IMG/VR virus record: IMGVR_UViG_3300035070_003385
Span: 118,739-182,738 of that record
Direction: 5' to 3' (one strand)
Length of the DNA stretch: 64,000 nt
Source: a virus
Both the position numbers and the translations under genes were made by a program. Under the pieces are notes generated by a model. It made no database searches, was not told where the DNA came from, and worked only from the letters and a program-made list of their open reading frames with translations. Positions 38,369 to 46,721 of the stretch are shown here, one piece after another; position 1 is the stretch's first letter, and each line of letters opens with the position of its first letter.

Positions 38369-39325
38369 ATGGCACACGAACTTGAAATGGTTAACGGCGA
38401 AGCACAAATGGCGTATCGCGCAAGCAAAGGTCTACCTTGGCACGGTCTTGGCACACCAGTATCTGACGATATGACACCATTAGAAATGATGGATGCAGCT
38501 GGTCTTAACTGGGAAGTTGAAGAATCAGAATGTTTTGCGCGTTGGAATGGTGATAACGTACCAACTGGTCAAAAGGCACTCATTCGTTCAACGGATGGTA
38601 AAGTACTTACACAAGTTGGCGCTGGCTGGAACCCGGTACAAAACGCTGACGCATTTGAATTTTTTAATGATTTTGTTTCCGCAGGAGACATGCAAATGGA
38701 TACGGCTGGTTCTTTAAAAGACGGCCGGTTGGTTTGGGCTTTGGCTGACGTAAAAGATGGCTTTTCTCTGTTTGGAGGAGACGAAGTAAAAGGTTATCTT
38801 TTATTTTCAAACCCCCATATGTATGGAAAGTCCATTGATATTAAATTCGTAATGGAACGTGTTGTTTGCAATAACACCTTGTCTGTTGCGTTAAACGAAG
38901 TTGGTCAGCCATCTGTTCGCGTTAATCATCGTTCAGTATTTAATCCTGATAGTGTCAAGGAAATTCTTGGCCTAGGTCATAACAAAGTTGAAAAGTTTAA
39001 AGAAGCTGCAGAATTCCTTGGCTCAAAACGTTATACCGATAATCAACTTACTCAGTTCTTTGGAGTTGTTTTTGGCAAATCAACAAAAGAAAAAGAAGAG
39101 CTTGCACGCAACGCAAAAGAAGCGATGGACATCGTTGAAAATCAGCCAGGCGATCATTTTGTACCAGGAACATGGTGGAATGCATATAATGCAGTTACTT
39201 ACATGACAGACCATAAACTAGGTCGCTCAGCCGATACTCGTATGGCTTCTGCCTGGTTTGGTGGGAATGCAAAGCGTAAAGTTGATGCACTTAGCCTTGC
39301 TATAGAAATGGCGGAGACAGTATAA
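38369..39325 (+). CDS. DUF932/DUF945 (TIGR03299-like) phage/plasmid protein
   Basis: PWHGLG, AGLNWEV, AGSLKDG, VVCNNTL, WNAYNAVT motifs. Confidence 0.85.
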   Translation: MAHELEMVNGEAQMAYRASKGLPWHGLGTPVSDDMTPLEMMDAAGLNWEVEESECFARWNGDNVPTGQKALIRSTDGKVLTQVGAGWNPVQNADAFEFFNDFVSAGDMQMDTAGSLKDGRLVWALADVKDGFSLFGGDEVKGYLLFSNPHMYGKSIDIKFVMERVVCNNTLSVALNEVGQPSVRVNHRSVFNPDSVKEILGLGHNKVEKFKEAAEFLGSKRYTDNQLTQFFGVVFGKSTKEKEELARNAKEAMDIVENQPGDHFVPGTWWNAYNAVTYMTDHKLGRSADTRMASAWFGGNAKRKVDALSLAIEMAETV

Positions 39326-39432
39326 TGAAAATTAAAAAAGTAATCTTTTGGGGAGTCTGGTTTGGACTCCTCCTTATTCTCATCGATCCATTGAAAATTA
39401 TTAATTAAATATCCTGCAATTTTTTTAATCTT

Positions 39433-39831
39433 TTGAATAAACACATAATAAACAAAAAAGGTGATTCATTGTTTTCAAGTAACCCATATTCTGCTTCCAT
39501 AAATGCGTTGTTACAAGCGACTGCTTTATTTGCTTCGTCACAAGGTGTAATCTGGGCAATGTATCCAGTTATGGTAATGATGTGTTATATGGCATTTATG
39601 CAATCTGTTGCGGCGGCAAGTTTATTTTCCGGATTTATTGAAAAAAATATTGGAAATAAAGATGCAGATCTAAATCATAGCATTTCCATATTAGTAGCTT
39701 TTTTATATTTAACATCTTCTTATCAGACATATATTTTAGGATATGAAGTTATGTCTGGTATTATGTTTGCGCATGCAACAATATTTTTAATTACAAACGT
39801 TCTTGGTGTTTTAAAGGAATATAAGGGTTAA
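39433..39831 (+). CDS. Hypothetical multi-pass membrane protein
   Basis: Several hydrophobic segments; start uncertain. Confidence 0.45.
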   Translation: MNKHIINKKGDSLFSSNPYSASINALLQATALFASSQGVIWAMYPVMVMMCYMAFMQSVAAASLFSGFIEKNIGNKDADLNHSISILVAFLYLTSSYQTYILGYEVMSGIMFAHATIFLITNVLGVLKEYKG

Positions 39832-39834
39832 TTA

Positions 39835-40266
39835 ATGAAAATACTAATTTTTGGGCTTCCTGGAAGTGGTAAATCTACATTAGCAAAACCATTTGCAGAA
39901 CTGGTAGGCGGTGTGCATATTAATGCAGATGATATTCGCTCACATTATAACGATTGGGACTTTAGTTTATCTGGAAGAATACGCCAAGCAGTTCGCATGA
40001 AACACTTATCTGATGGTGTTGTGATGGCTAATAAGATTGCGGTTACGGATTTCGTATGCCCCACAGAAGCCGCGCGGGCCGCTTTTGAACCTGATTTTAC
40101 AGTATGGATGGATACTATTAAAGAAAGTAAATTTAAAGATACCAACGATATTTTTGAAAAGCCTAATCAAGTAGATTACCATGTTAAGGAATGGTTTACA
40201 GATACCCATAATACATTAATGCTTGCTTTAAAAAGATATCAGCAATGGAAAGAAAACAATGTTTGA
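39835..40266 (+). CDS. Adenylylsulfate kinase-like P-loop protein
   Basis: GLPGSGKSTLA, NADDIR, DFVCP, FEKP. Confidence 0.75.
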   Translation: MKILIFGLPGSGKSTLAKPFAELVGGVHINADDIRSHYNDWDFSLSGRIRQAVRMKHLSDGVVMANKIAVTDFVCPTEAARAAFEPDFTVWMDTIKESKFKDTNDIFEKPNQVDYHVKEWFTDTHNTLMLALKRYQQWKENNV

Positions 40267-40669
40267 TTTACAAAAACCAACTACTATGCTACTTGGGAGG
40301 TGGCAGCCGTGGCATGACGGTCATACTGAATTATTCAAACGAGCATATGCAGAAACTGGGCAAGTATGTATTATGGTTCGTAACGTAAGTTTCATTGTTG
40401 GGCAGGATGCTGGCGCTGGGCGAACAGTTGCACAGGACGATAATCCTTTTAGTTATGATTATGTAGTAGACGGTATTGAAGACGCTTTACATTCAGCAGG
40501 ATTTACAAGAGGCACAGAATATGTTATAATGCAAGTACCAAATATTGTAGACATCAGTTATGGACGTGGCGTAGGATATACCTTGACAGAACACGATCTT
40601 GGTGATAAAATACATAATATAAGCGCAACTAAAATAAGAAAACAAATGAGAGAAGAAGGAACATTATGA
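40259..40669 (+). CDS. Cytidylyltransferase-like nucleotidyltransferase
   Basis: GRWQPWHDGH (HIGH motif); ISATKIR. Confidence 0.8.
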   Translation: MFDLQKPTTMLLGRWQPWHDGHTELFKRAYAETGQVCIMVRNVSFIVGQDAGAGRTVAQDDNPFSYDYVVDGIEDALHSAGFTRGTEYVIMQVPNIVDISYGRGVGYTLTEHDLGDKIHNISATKIRKQMREEGTL

Positions 40670-40974
40670 ATATACAAACACCGCAGGCACTCCCTTCAAC
40701 AATTACAGATCATGATCGAAAAGTTATTCAAAATGCTTTGCGAGAAATGTCAGACTCAATGACTCGAATTTCTGCAGAAAAGGATTTACAAAAAGAAATT
40801 GCTGAAGCTATTCTTGAAAATGTAAATGTCCCAAAGAAAGACTTTAATAAATTAGCGCGCATTTTTCATGCGTCAAGTATTATGGAAGAAGCTGCTCGTA
40901 ATGAAGAATTCATGGGGTTTGCAGAAGCCGTGATGGCGCCAATTTCAAACAGAATTGAAAATAAGGAAACATAA
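40666..40974 (+). CDS. DsbA-like dsDNA-binding protein
   Basis: EMSDSMTRI.AEKD..KEI......V..K.FNKLARIFH resembles T4 DsbA. Confidence 0.6.
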   Translation: MNIQTPQALPSTITDHDRKVIQNALREMSDSMTRISAEKDLQKEIAEAILENVNVPKKDFNKLARIFHASSIMEEAARNEEFMGFAEAVMAPISNRIENKET

Positions 40975-41003
40975 AGAATGAATAAGATTGTAAATATATT
41001 AAA

Positions 41004-41219
41004 ATGAAACCAAATACGCAATTTAATTTATCTGTAAAAGATATTGAACTAATTGAAAAGTCTTTAAGGGTTCAAATGCGCAATTTAAACATTCTTAAGG
41101 AAAAAGAAACGCACCATGTTCAATCGATTGAAGCCAAGTTAAGAGAAATAAATGAGCTGTTAGGCCGCATTCACAATCAAAAAAACTTTTATAGGCCAGG
41201 AAACAGATTTAATCTTTAA
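41004..41219 (+). CDS. Hypothetical protein
   Basis: Helical small ORF; FYRP tail. Confidence 0.55.
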   Translation: MKPNTQFNLSVKDIELIEKSLRVQMRNLNILKEKETHHVQSIEAKLREINELLGRIHNQKNFYRPGNRFNL

Positions 41220-41220
41220 G

Positions 41221-41250
41221 AAACAGGAGTATTTAGGTACTCCTGTTTTT
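41221..41250 (+). terminator. Rho-independent terminator
   Basis: AAACAGGAGTA-TTTAGG-TACTCCTGTTT plus T tract. Confidence 0.75.
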
Positions 41251-41259
41251 ATAAAAAGG

Positions 41260-41288
41260 TTGACAATGTTTGATCACTATGGTATTAT
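41260..41288 (+). promoter_or_regulatory. Sigma70-type promoter
   Basis: TTGACA-N17-TATTAT. Confidence 0.55.
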
Positions 41289-41392
41289 TATATTATGTAA
41301 AAGAGAATTGAAAAGCCATTGGATATAAAAAGGAAATATTTGGATTTCCTAAATACGTCTAATATTATTTAAATAACAGGAAAGAAAAAACA

Positions 41393-41608
41393 ATGGATCA
41401 CAAAAAAACAAACGATTTTACTGTATTAGAAACAAAACGTAGTTCTACTCGTGGCGAGAAAATATGGCAAATAATTTTAGGTGGCAAAGCTATAACAACC
41501 TGTGTTACTAAAAAGCAAGCAGTCGACCTTGCAGAAAAACTAAATTTAGATCCGTATTTTTTAAATAGAGGTCAAACTAGGGCTGATATAATTGCTAACA
41601 GCGGTTAA
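41393..41608 (+). CDS. Hypothetical protein
   Basis: SD AGGA; DPYFLNRGQT. Confidence 0.55.
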   Translation: MDHKKTNDFTVLETKRSSTRGEKIWQIILGGKAITTCVTKKQAVDLAEKLNLDPYFLNRGQTRADIIANSG

Positions 41609-41624
41609 GAATAAAGTTACAAAT

Positions 41625-41650
41625 AAAAAAGGGAGATCCGAAGATCTCCC
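41625..41650 (-). terminator. Terminator of the gp23 transcript with a C(UUCG)G tetraloop
   Basis: Minus strand GGGAGATC-TTCG-GATCTCCC-TTTTTT. Confidence 0.85.
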
Positions 41651-41672
41651 AAATACTCATTAAAGAGTGTGT

Positions 41673-41704
41673 GAGGAGGGGTTTTATCCCCTCTTCTTTT
41701 TTTT
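41673..41704 (+). terminator. Terminator for the convergent + strand transcript
   Basis: GAGGGG-TTTTAT-CCCCTC followed by a T tract. Confidence 0.65.
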
Positions 41705-41705
41705 A

Positions 41706-43028
41706 TTAGAACAAGTTGCTTACGCGAACTCTGCGGTAGTAAACGTTGCTATTATCTGTAAGAGCACCTTCGCTACGTGATCCGCCATGTGCAAATGGGT
41801 TAGCAACCATGCCGTAACGAGTTTTGAACCCGATTTTTGGCTGGAAGCTGTTTTCACCAACTGCGCGGTACATTTGCAATGGTACATATGGGCAATAGAA
41901 GAGACCTGCGTCGAATGCAGAAGAACCTTTATAACCTACAACCATATAGTTGCTACCTGCATATGGATCGATATATACTCTATAACGACCGTTCAAGATA
42001 CCTGCGAATGTATTGCCTGTATCATCAACGTTAAGTGCGTTGCTGTTAAGAGCTGGAGTATAATCAAGAACACCAGACATCTGAAGTGCCGATGCAACAT
42101 CGGAAGAACAGATAACGATGTTACCTTTACCGCGACGAGTTGCTTTTGCAATCGCGTTGGCTTCGATTTCAACTTGGAACATCAATCCTTTGAATTTCTC
42201 AACTGACCAACGGCCGTTTGCGTCAACATCAAGATCGAATACACCGGCTGATGCAGTTGCCGCAGCACCTGTTACAGCAGTGTTATAGATTGTACGAACA
42301 ACTTCACGGTTGATTTCCGCAAGGATTTCAGACTGAAGAATGTTTGCGAGTTCTGTTTCTGCATCGAGACCGTGAACAGCGCGAAGATCCTGAGCAAGCT
42401 CAGTTGTGTATTCTGCTTTCAACGCTCTGCTTTTCGCAGCAACAGTTACTTTTTCAATAGCAAGTGCCATTTCTGCGAAGTTTGTTCCGTTACCGTCGCC
42501 AAGAGCTTCAGCATCGCCAGTTGCAAGACCTGTACCAGCTGGTGCTGTTGCGCCTGCACCAGTTGCAGCAGGACCGTGTGTACCAGTACCTGAGAAATCT
42601 GTGTCAGCTTCGTTATAGAAAGCTTCCTGTGCAGTGTTACCTGACATTGCATTCAAGTTAGAACGCATTGCAAAGATAAGACCTGTTGGACCTGTCATTG
42701 GCTGTACACCAGCAATGTCATATGCCATCAAGTTTGGCATAGAACGGCGAACCAAGCTGATTAGAACTGGGTCATAACCTGCTGTTGGAGTTGCAGCACC
42801 GGAACCAAATCCGCCAGTTCCAGCTGCGTTTGTTGGGGCTTCTTGTAAAAGCGAAGTCATATTAATTGACTGATCGCCACTTTCTACAAGTGCCTTTTCT
42901 GTGTTTTCGAGAAGAGTAGCAGTTACTGCTTTTCTGTGCTCGTCTTTGATTGCTGCGAAAGATGAGTGCTCGAGAAGAGGTCCCCACTTTTCAACTAATG
43001 TTCTGCTAGATTGACTCATTTTTGTCAC
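41706..43028 (-). CDS. gp23: Major capsid protein (likely start 43019)
   Basis: KWGPLLE, GVQPMTGPTGLIFAMR, SRALKAEYT, FYCPYVPL, FQPKIGFKTRYG. Confidence 0.97.
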   Translation of the reverse strand: MTKMSQSSRTLVEKWGPLLEHSSFAAIKDEHRKAVTATLLENTEKALVESGDQSINMTSLLQEAPTNAAGTGGFGSGAATPTAGYDPVLISLVRRSMPNLMAYDIAGVQPMTGPTGLIFAMRSNLNAMSGNTAQEAFYNEADTDFSGTGTHGPAATGAGATAPAGTGLATGDAEALGDGNGTNFAEMALAIEKVTVAAKSRALKAEYTTELAQDLRAVHGLDAETELANILQSEILAEINREVVRTIYNTAVTGAAATASAGVFDLDVDANGRWSVEKFKGLMFQVEIEANAIAKATRRGKGNIVICSSDVASALQMSGVLDYTPALNSNALNVDDTGNTFAGILNGRYRVYIDPYAGSNYMVVGYKGSSAFDAGLFYCPYVPLQMYRAVGENSFQPKIGFKTRYGMVANPFAHGGSRSEGALTDNSNVYYRRVRVSNLF

Positions 43029-43058
43029 TCCTATCCCTGTTTGTTTTAACTATAGTGG

Positions 43059-43066
43059 TATTTATA
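43059..43066 (-). promoter_or_regulatory. T4-type late promoter for gp23
   Basis: TATAAATA on the minus strand. Confidence 0.85.
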
Positions 43067-43078
43067 ATTTGTTTATTT

Positions 43079-44044
43079 TCACTTTTGTTTACTATTGATG
43101 GCTTCAACGATTGCAGAAACCGAAGAATATTGAGAAACTGGTTTTTTCGTTTCAGTTTCTTCAGTAAGAACTTCGTCTTCTGTTTCTTCGCTTATTACCT
43201 GTGCCTTTTTAGTTTTAAAGAACGATTCCTTAAGGGTACCAAGGTCTGTCTCATATGCTTGAATGTCGTCATAATCAAGCTTTTCTGACAAAGATTTTAA
43301 TCTTTCTTTCTGAGAGACAGTAAGTCCTTCTGAAATATCATCAAAAACTTTTTCAGCTTTGAGACTGGCTATTTCCTTTGCAAGGGAAATATTTTCGTTG
43401 ATGGTTTCGTTTGTTTGTTTTTGAAGTTCATCAACTTGTTCTTCTAACCCAGCAACCACATCAACCGTTTCTTCATCAATATCGATGTTGTGACTGGAGA
43501 AAATATCTCTTAGGCCGTCCATTAATGATTCTGCCATTTCTACTTTAATGCCAGACTCTACAGCCACTTTATTTTCTTCCATCCACTGTTCAACAACATA
43601 GTCGAGATACGAGTCTAGGTTTTCGGTAATTTCTTCTATAGCTTCATTAACAGTTTCAACTAGCTTGTTATCAAACTCTTCTTCAAGAGCTGTAACAGCT
43701 TCGTTTACTTTTGTGTTTGTTGCTTCTCTGACAGCTGTTTCAAAAACTAATGATACTTTAGATTTGAATTTTTCAGAAAGATCTGTACCTTCAAACATTG
43801 AAGCAATAGACTCTTCAACAGATACAACTTCTTCTACAACATCTGTAGTTTCTACGACTTCTTCTGCATCAACGTCGTCAGCTTCTTCTGACATAGGTGG
43901 CGTTTCTACAGTATCCGCTTTAGGATCTACTTTCTTTTTAACATCAGCTTTTTTCTTTTTAATTTCGCCGCCTGCCGCTACCGTTGGTTCTGGAACCTCG
44001 GAAACGCCGTCGTCAGCAACGAATTTTTCTTCTAATTCTGACAT
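43079..44044 (-). CDS. gp22: Prohead core scaffolding protein
   Basis: Acidic coiled coil; LDSYLDYVVEQWMEEN; position between gp21 and gp23. Confidence 0.92.
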   Translation of the reverse strand: MSELEEKFVADDGVSEVPEPTVAAGGEIKKKKADVKKKVDPKADTVETPPMSEEADDVDAEEVVETTDVVEEVVSVEESIASMFEGTDLSEKFKSKVSLVFETAVREATNTKVNEAVTALEEEFDNKLVETVNEAIEEITENLDSYLDYVVEQWMEENKVAVESGIKVEMAESLMDGLRDIFSSHNIDIDEETVDVVAGLEEQVDELQKQTNETINENISLAKEIASLKAEKVFDDISEGLTVSQKERLKSLSEKLDYDDIQAYETDLGTLKESFFKTKKAQVISEETEDEVLTEETETKKPVSQYSSVSAIVEAINSKQK

Positions 44045-44087
44045 ATTTACTCTCCTCTTAATTGGATTCGTGTTATATTATAATCCA

Positions 44088-44095
44088 TATTTATA
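44088..44095 (-). promoter_or_regulatory. T4-type late promoter for gp22
   Basis: TATAAATA on the minus strand. Confidence 0.8.
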
Positions 44096-44099
44096 ATTT

Positions 44100-44786
44100 T
44101 TAATTTTTCAGAGAAGTAAGGAATTTCTCAAAGAGCTTTGCCGCGTGTGATTCGTCAATTACTCTAACAGTTTTCTTATATTCCCTTTTCACTTCTTGAA
44201 CTATCTCCTCAACAACCTGTTGAACAGCGTGTTGACGCCAAGTTCCAGCGGCAATATCATAATAATATTCCGTGTTTTCCATTATGCCATTTACAAAACA
44301 ATCAGGCCCAGATGGATCTGTCACAATATCAACAGTTGCTAAATGAAAGTCGTCTTGCACTTCCATTACGCCGTCTTTAGTAGGTTTCACGGAACCTAGA
44401 CCGCGAGTGGAAACGCCAACCCTTACGCCTTCGTCTACGAAAGTTTTGACAATTTCGCCCATTGGAGTTGACAAAATTTTTGCCTTTCCAATAAAGTTTG
44501 ATCCTTCTTGCTTCATTTCAGTAATAAGATGTGAAACTCTATCACCGTTAATTTGCGGACCGTCAGGATGTCCCAATTCGCCAAGAGCTCTTTTTGTCTC
44601 AATAAACGTTTTTTGGTACCTATTCATTTCTTTTTCAAGAATGGTAGAAGGATATATGCGACCGTTACGATTTTTCATATCGCCTTGCATGAAGATACCT
44701 TCAATGAAGTAATTCTTCTTACCGTTTTCAGTTGCTTCTGTGACAACCTCGCAATCTTCGTTGAATACTTCAGTAATTAACTTCAT
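44100..44786 (-). CDS. gp21: Prohead protease
   Basis: IEGIFMQ..NRNGRIY, ALGELGHP, GVSTRGLGS, DIVTDPS. Confidence 0.95.
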   Translation of the reverse strand: MKLITEVFNEDCEVVTEATENGKKNYFIEGIFMQGDMKNRNGRIYPSTILEKEMNRYQKTFIETKRALGELGHPDGPQINGDRVSHLITEMKQEGSNFIGKAKILSTPMGEIVKTFVDEGVRVGVSTRGLGSVKPTKDGVMEVQDDFHLATVDIVTDPSGPDCFVNGIMENTEYYYDIAAGTWRQHAVQQVVEEIVQEVKREYKKTVRVIDESHAAKLFEKFLTSLKN

Positions 44787-44811
44787 GTATATAACTCCTC
44801 TTTGTATCTCT

Positions 44812-44819
44812 TATTTATA
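44812..44819 (-). promoter_or_regulatory. T4-type late promoter for gp21
   Basis: TATAAATA on the minus strand. Confidence 0.8.
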
Positions 44820-45078
44820 CTTTAGCATCGTAATAGTTTTTAGATAATTCGCCACGCTCAATAGTTTCTCCAGCTTTTCTAACTTTAACATACGTTCTTT
44901 GTACGTTTCCAAGAGGAGTTGTGAATGTTCGAACACCAGCTGCTGTAGTTCCATTCGCATCTAAATATGTATCCGCGGCAGAGGCGGCATTATCATATTC
45001 CCATATATTATTTGATCCTGGAACTACTACCCAAGCCATATTACATTGCTTCTCTTGCAAAACCAAGAATTTCTTCAA
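44815..45078 (-). CDS. Hypothetical head-associated protein (likely start about 45039)
   Basis: In the head operon between the core protein and gp21. Confidence 0.55.
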   Translation of the reverse strand: MKKFLVLQEKQCNMAWVVVPGSNNIWEYDNAASAADTYLDANGTTAAGVRTFTTPLGNVQRTYVKVRKAGETIERGELSKNYYDAKV

Positions 45079-46720
45079 ACCCTACTTTGTCTGCCATTGC
45101 AGTATTTTGCATTTTTTTACGGTTTGCGGAAGAAAGATTTTTGAACATTTGGTTTAAAAGATCGGTATCTTGCTTTTTTAAAATAACAGAAGAACCGTCC
45201 TTAAGTTTTACCATACCAGTTTTAAATTTTTCGTTCAATTCCTCATCAATCTCAGTTTCTTCTTTTTTATCCCAAGGAGCTTTTTTTAAGGAAACTTCAC
45301 CTTTCGGTTTAACCTTCATACCTTGAAGAGCTCTTGTAATTGTTTTTTGTGAAATAGTTTTCTTTGCTTCGTCTAGTTCAACTTCTTCACGCATTTTTTT
45401 CTGAACCGCTTTGTATTCTTTACGGCGGTCAGAGTCTTTATCCATTAAAGAAAGAATTTTTTCACGTGGCTCTGTGTCTAAGTCATCAACAAACTTCTTC
45501 AGTTGTGCTGTTTGACCTTTCTTCATCATCATAGCAGCTTTTATAAAGTCCATCTTATCAATGCCGCCATATTTACGGGCATAATCTTCAAGTTCTTTTG
45601 CAACACGTGACATTGTAGCTTCATCAAGATTTGATTCTCTTATTGAGGCTTTGTATAATTTTATTGCTTCTTTATACTTTGGATTCTTTATCATTCGCTT
45701 TGACTCAGCATCATCTGGATTTTGATGAATCATACGTACCGTTGGTTCGTCCAACTTATGAGTTTTCATATGCTTTTTATATGCATCGAACTTTTTAGAA
45801 TCTACTGCTGGGCCAAATCTGTTTCTCATCGGCGTGGTTATTTCATTGACAGATTCAGCAAGCATCCAACCTTTTGCAAGATATTCTTTTTGTTTAGTCT
45901 TATCAATAACAATAGTTTTGCCGGCGTTATCTACAACCATAACTTCGGTTTTAGGATTTTTTAACTGACGAGCTTCTTCAAGTTCAGCTTCTTCACCCAT
46001 CGCCATTACTTCAGCTGTTGCGTACGAGTACAGAGTTTGGATTTCCTTAGCAACGCCCGCCAATTTGTTTTGGAACCATTCTTCTGGATCCTGTGTTGAT
46101 TGGAGGTAACGCGAAATACCAGATATGTTATGTGACATAGAGCGTAAAGAATTCATCATCATTGGAATTTCCTCCCACGCATTTTCGTCAAGTTCTTCAC
46201 GCATGCTAGCTAAAGATTTTTGAGTAGAAGTCATTGTGCGTACTGGTTTTTTCCGGCCGGTCTTCGTACGGCCCATAGCTGCATTATGCGCTGCATCTTT
46301 TGCACGCTGAATCTTAATAAAGTCGCCAGACATCTTTGGCGCGCCTTTACGACGTGGAGCCTCGTCCAGGTCAGCTTCTTTCATATTTTTAGAAATTGCT
46401 TGGCGGCGCTTATGGAGATATTCGTCTGATGAGTCGATATCGCCATCGTTGTCAATGTCTTTGTCTTTACGGTCGTCAAATTTCTTTTTAACGGCTTTTG
46501 GATTGACTTTATCTAGCGCTTCATAAACTGCAGCGTCTTCTCCTGGGGCTAAATCTGCTCTACGTTTAACTTTGGCCGTGCCTGGTATTTCGCCAGTAAA
46601 CTGATGGTCCAAAGCAACAGGATGGCCAACCATAGTTACAATATGTTTATCCTTAAACGCCTTTTCGTCGCCTGCTTTTGGCTGTGCCACTTCGGCTATT
46701 AAATTTTTAAAGGTTTTCAT
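45041..46720 (-). CDS. Prohead core / internal head polyprotein at the gp67-gp68 position
   Basis: MKTFKNLIAE N-terminus, repeated (L/I)xE junctions, synteny between gp20 and gp21. Confidence 0.7.
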   Translation of the reverse strand: MKTFKNLIAEVAQPKAGDEKAFKDKHIVTMVGHPVALDHQFTGEIPGTAKVKRRADLAPGEDAAVYEALDKVNPKAVKKKFDDRKDKDIDNDGDIDSSDEYLHKRRQAISKNMKEADLDEAPRRKGAPKMSGDFIKIQRAKDAAHNAAMGRTKTGRKKPVRTMTSTQKSLASMREELDENAWEEIPMMMNSLRSMSHNISGISRYLQSTQDPEEWFQNKLAGVAKEIQTLYSYATAEVMAMGEEAELEEARQLKNPKTEVMVVDNAGKTIVIDKTKQKEYLAKGWMLAESVNEITTPMRNRFGPAVDSKKFDAYKKHMKTHKLDEPTVRMIHQNPDDAESKRMIKNPKYKEAIKLYKASIRESNLDEATMSRVAKELEDYARKYGGIDKMDFIKAAMMMKKGQTAQLKKFVDDLDTEPREKILSLMDKDSDRRKEYKAVQKKMREEVELDEAKKTISQKTITRALQGMKVKPKGEVSLKKAPWDKKEETEIDEELNEKFKTGMVKLKDGSSVILKKQDTDLLNQMFKNLSSANRKKMQNTAMADKVGFEEILGFAREAM

Positions 46721-46721
46721 T

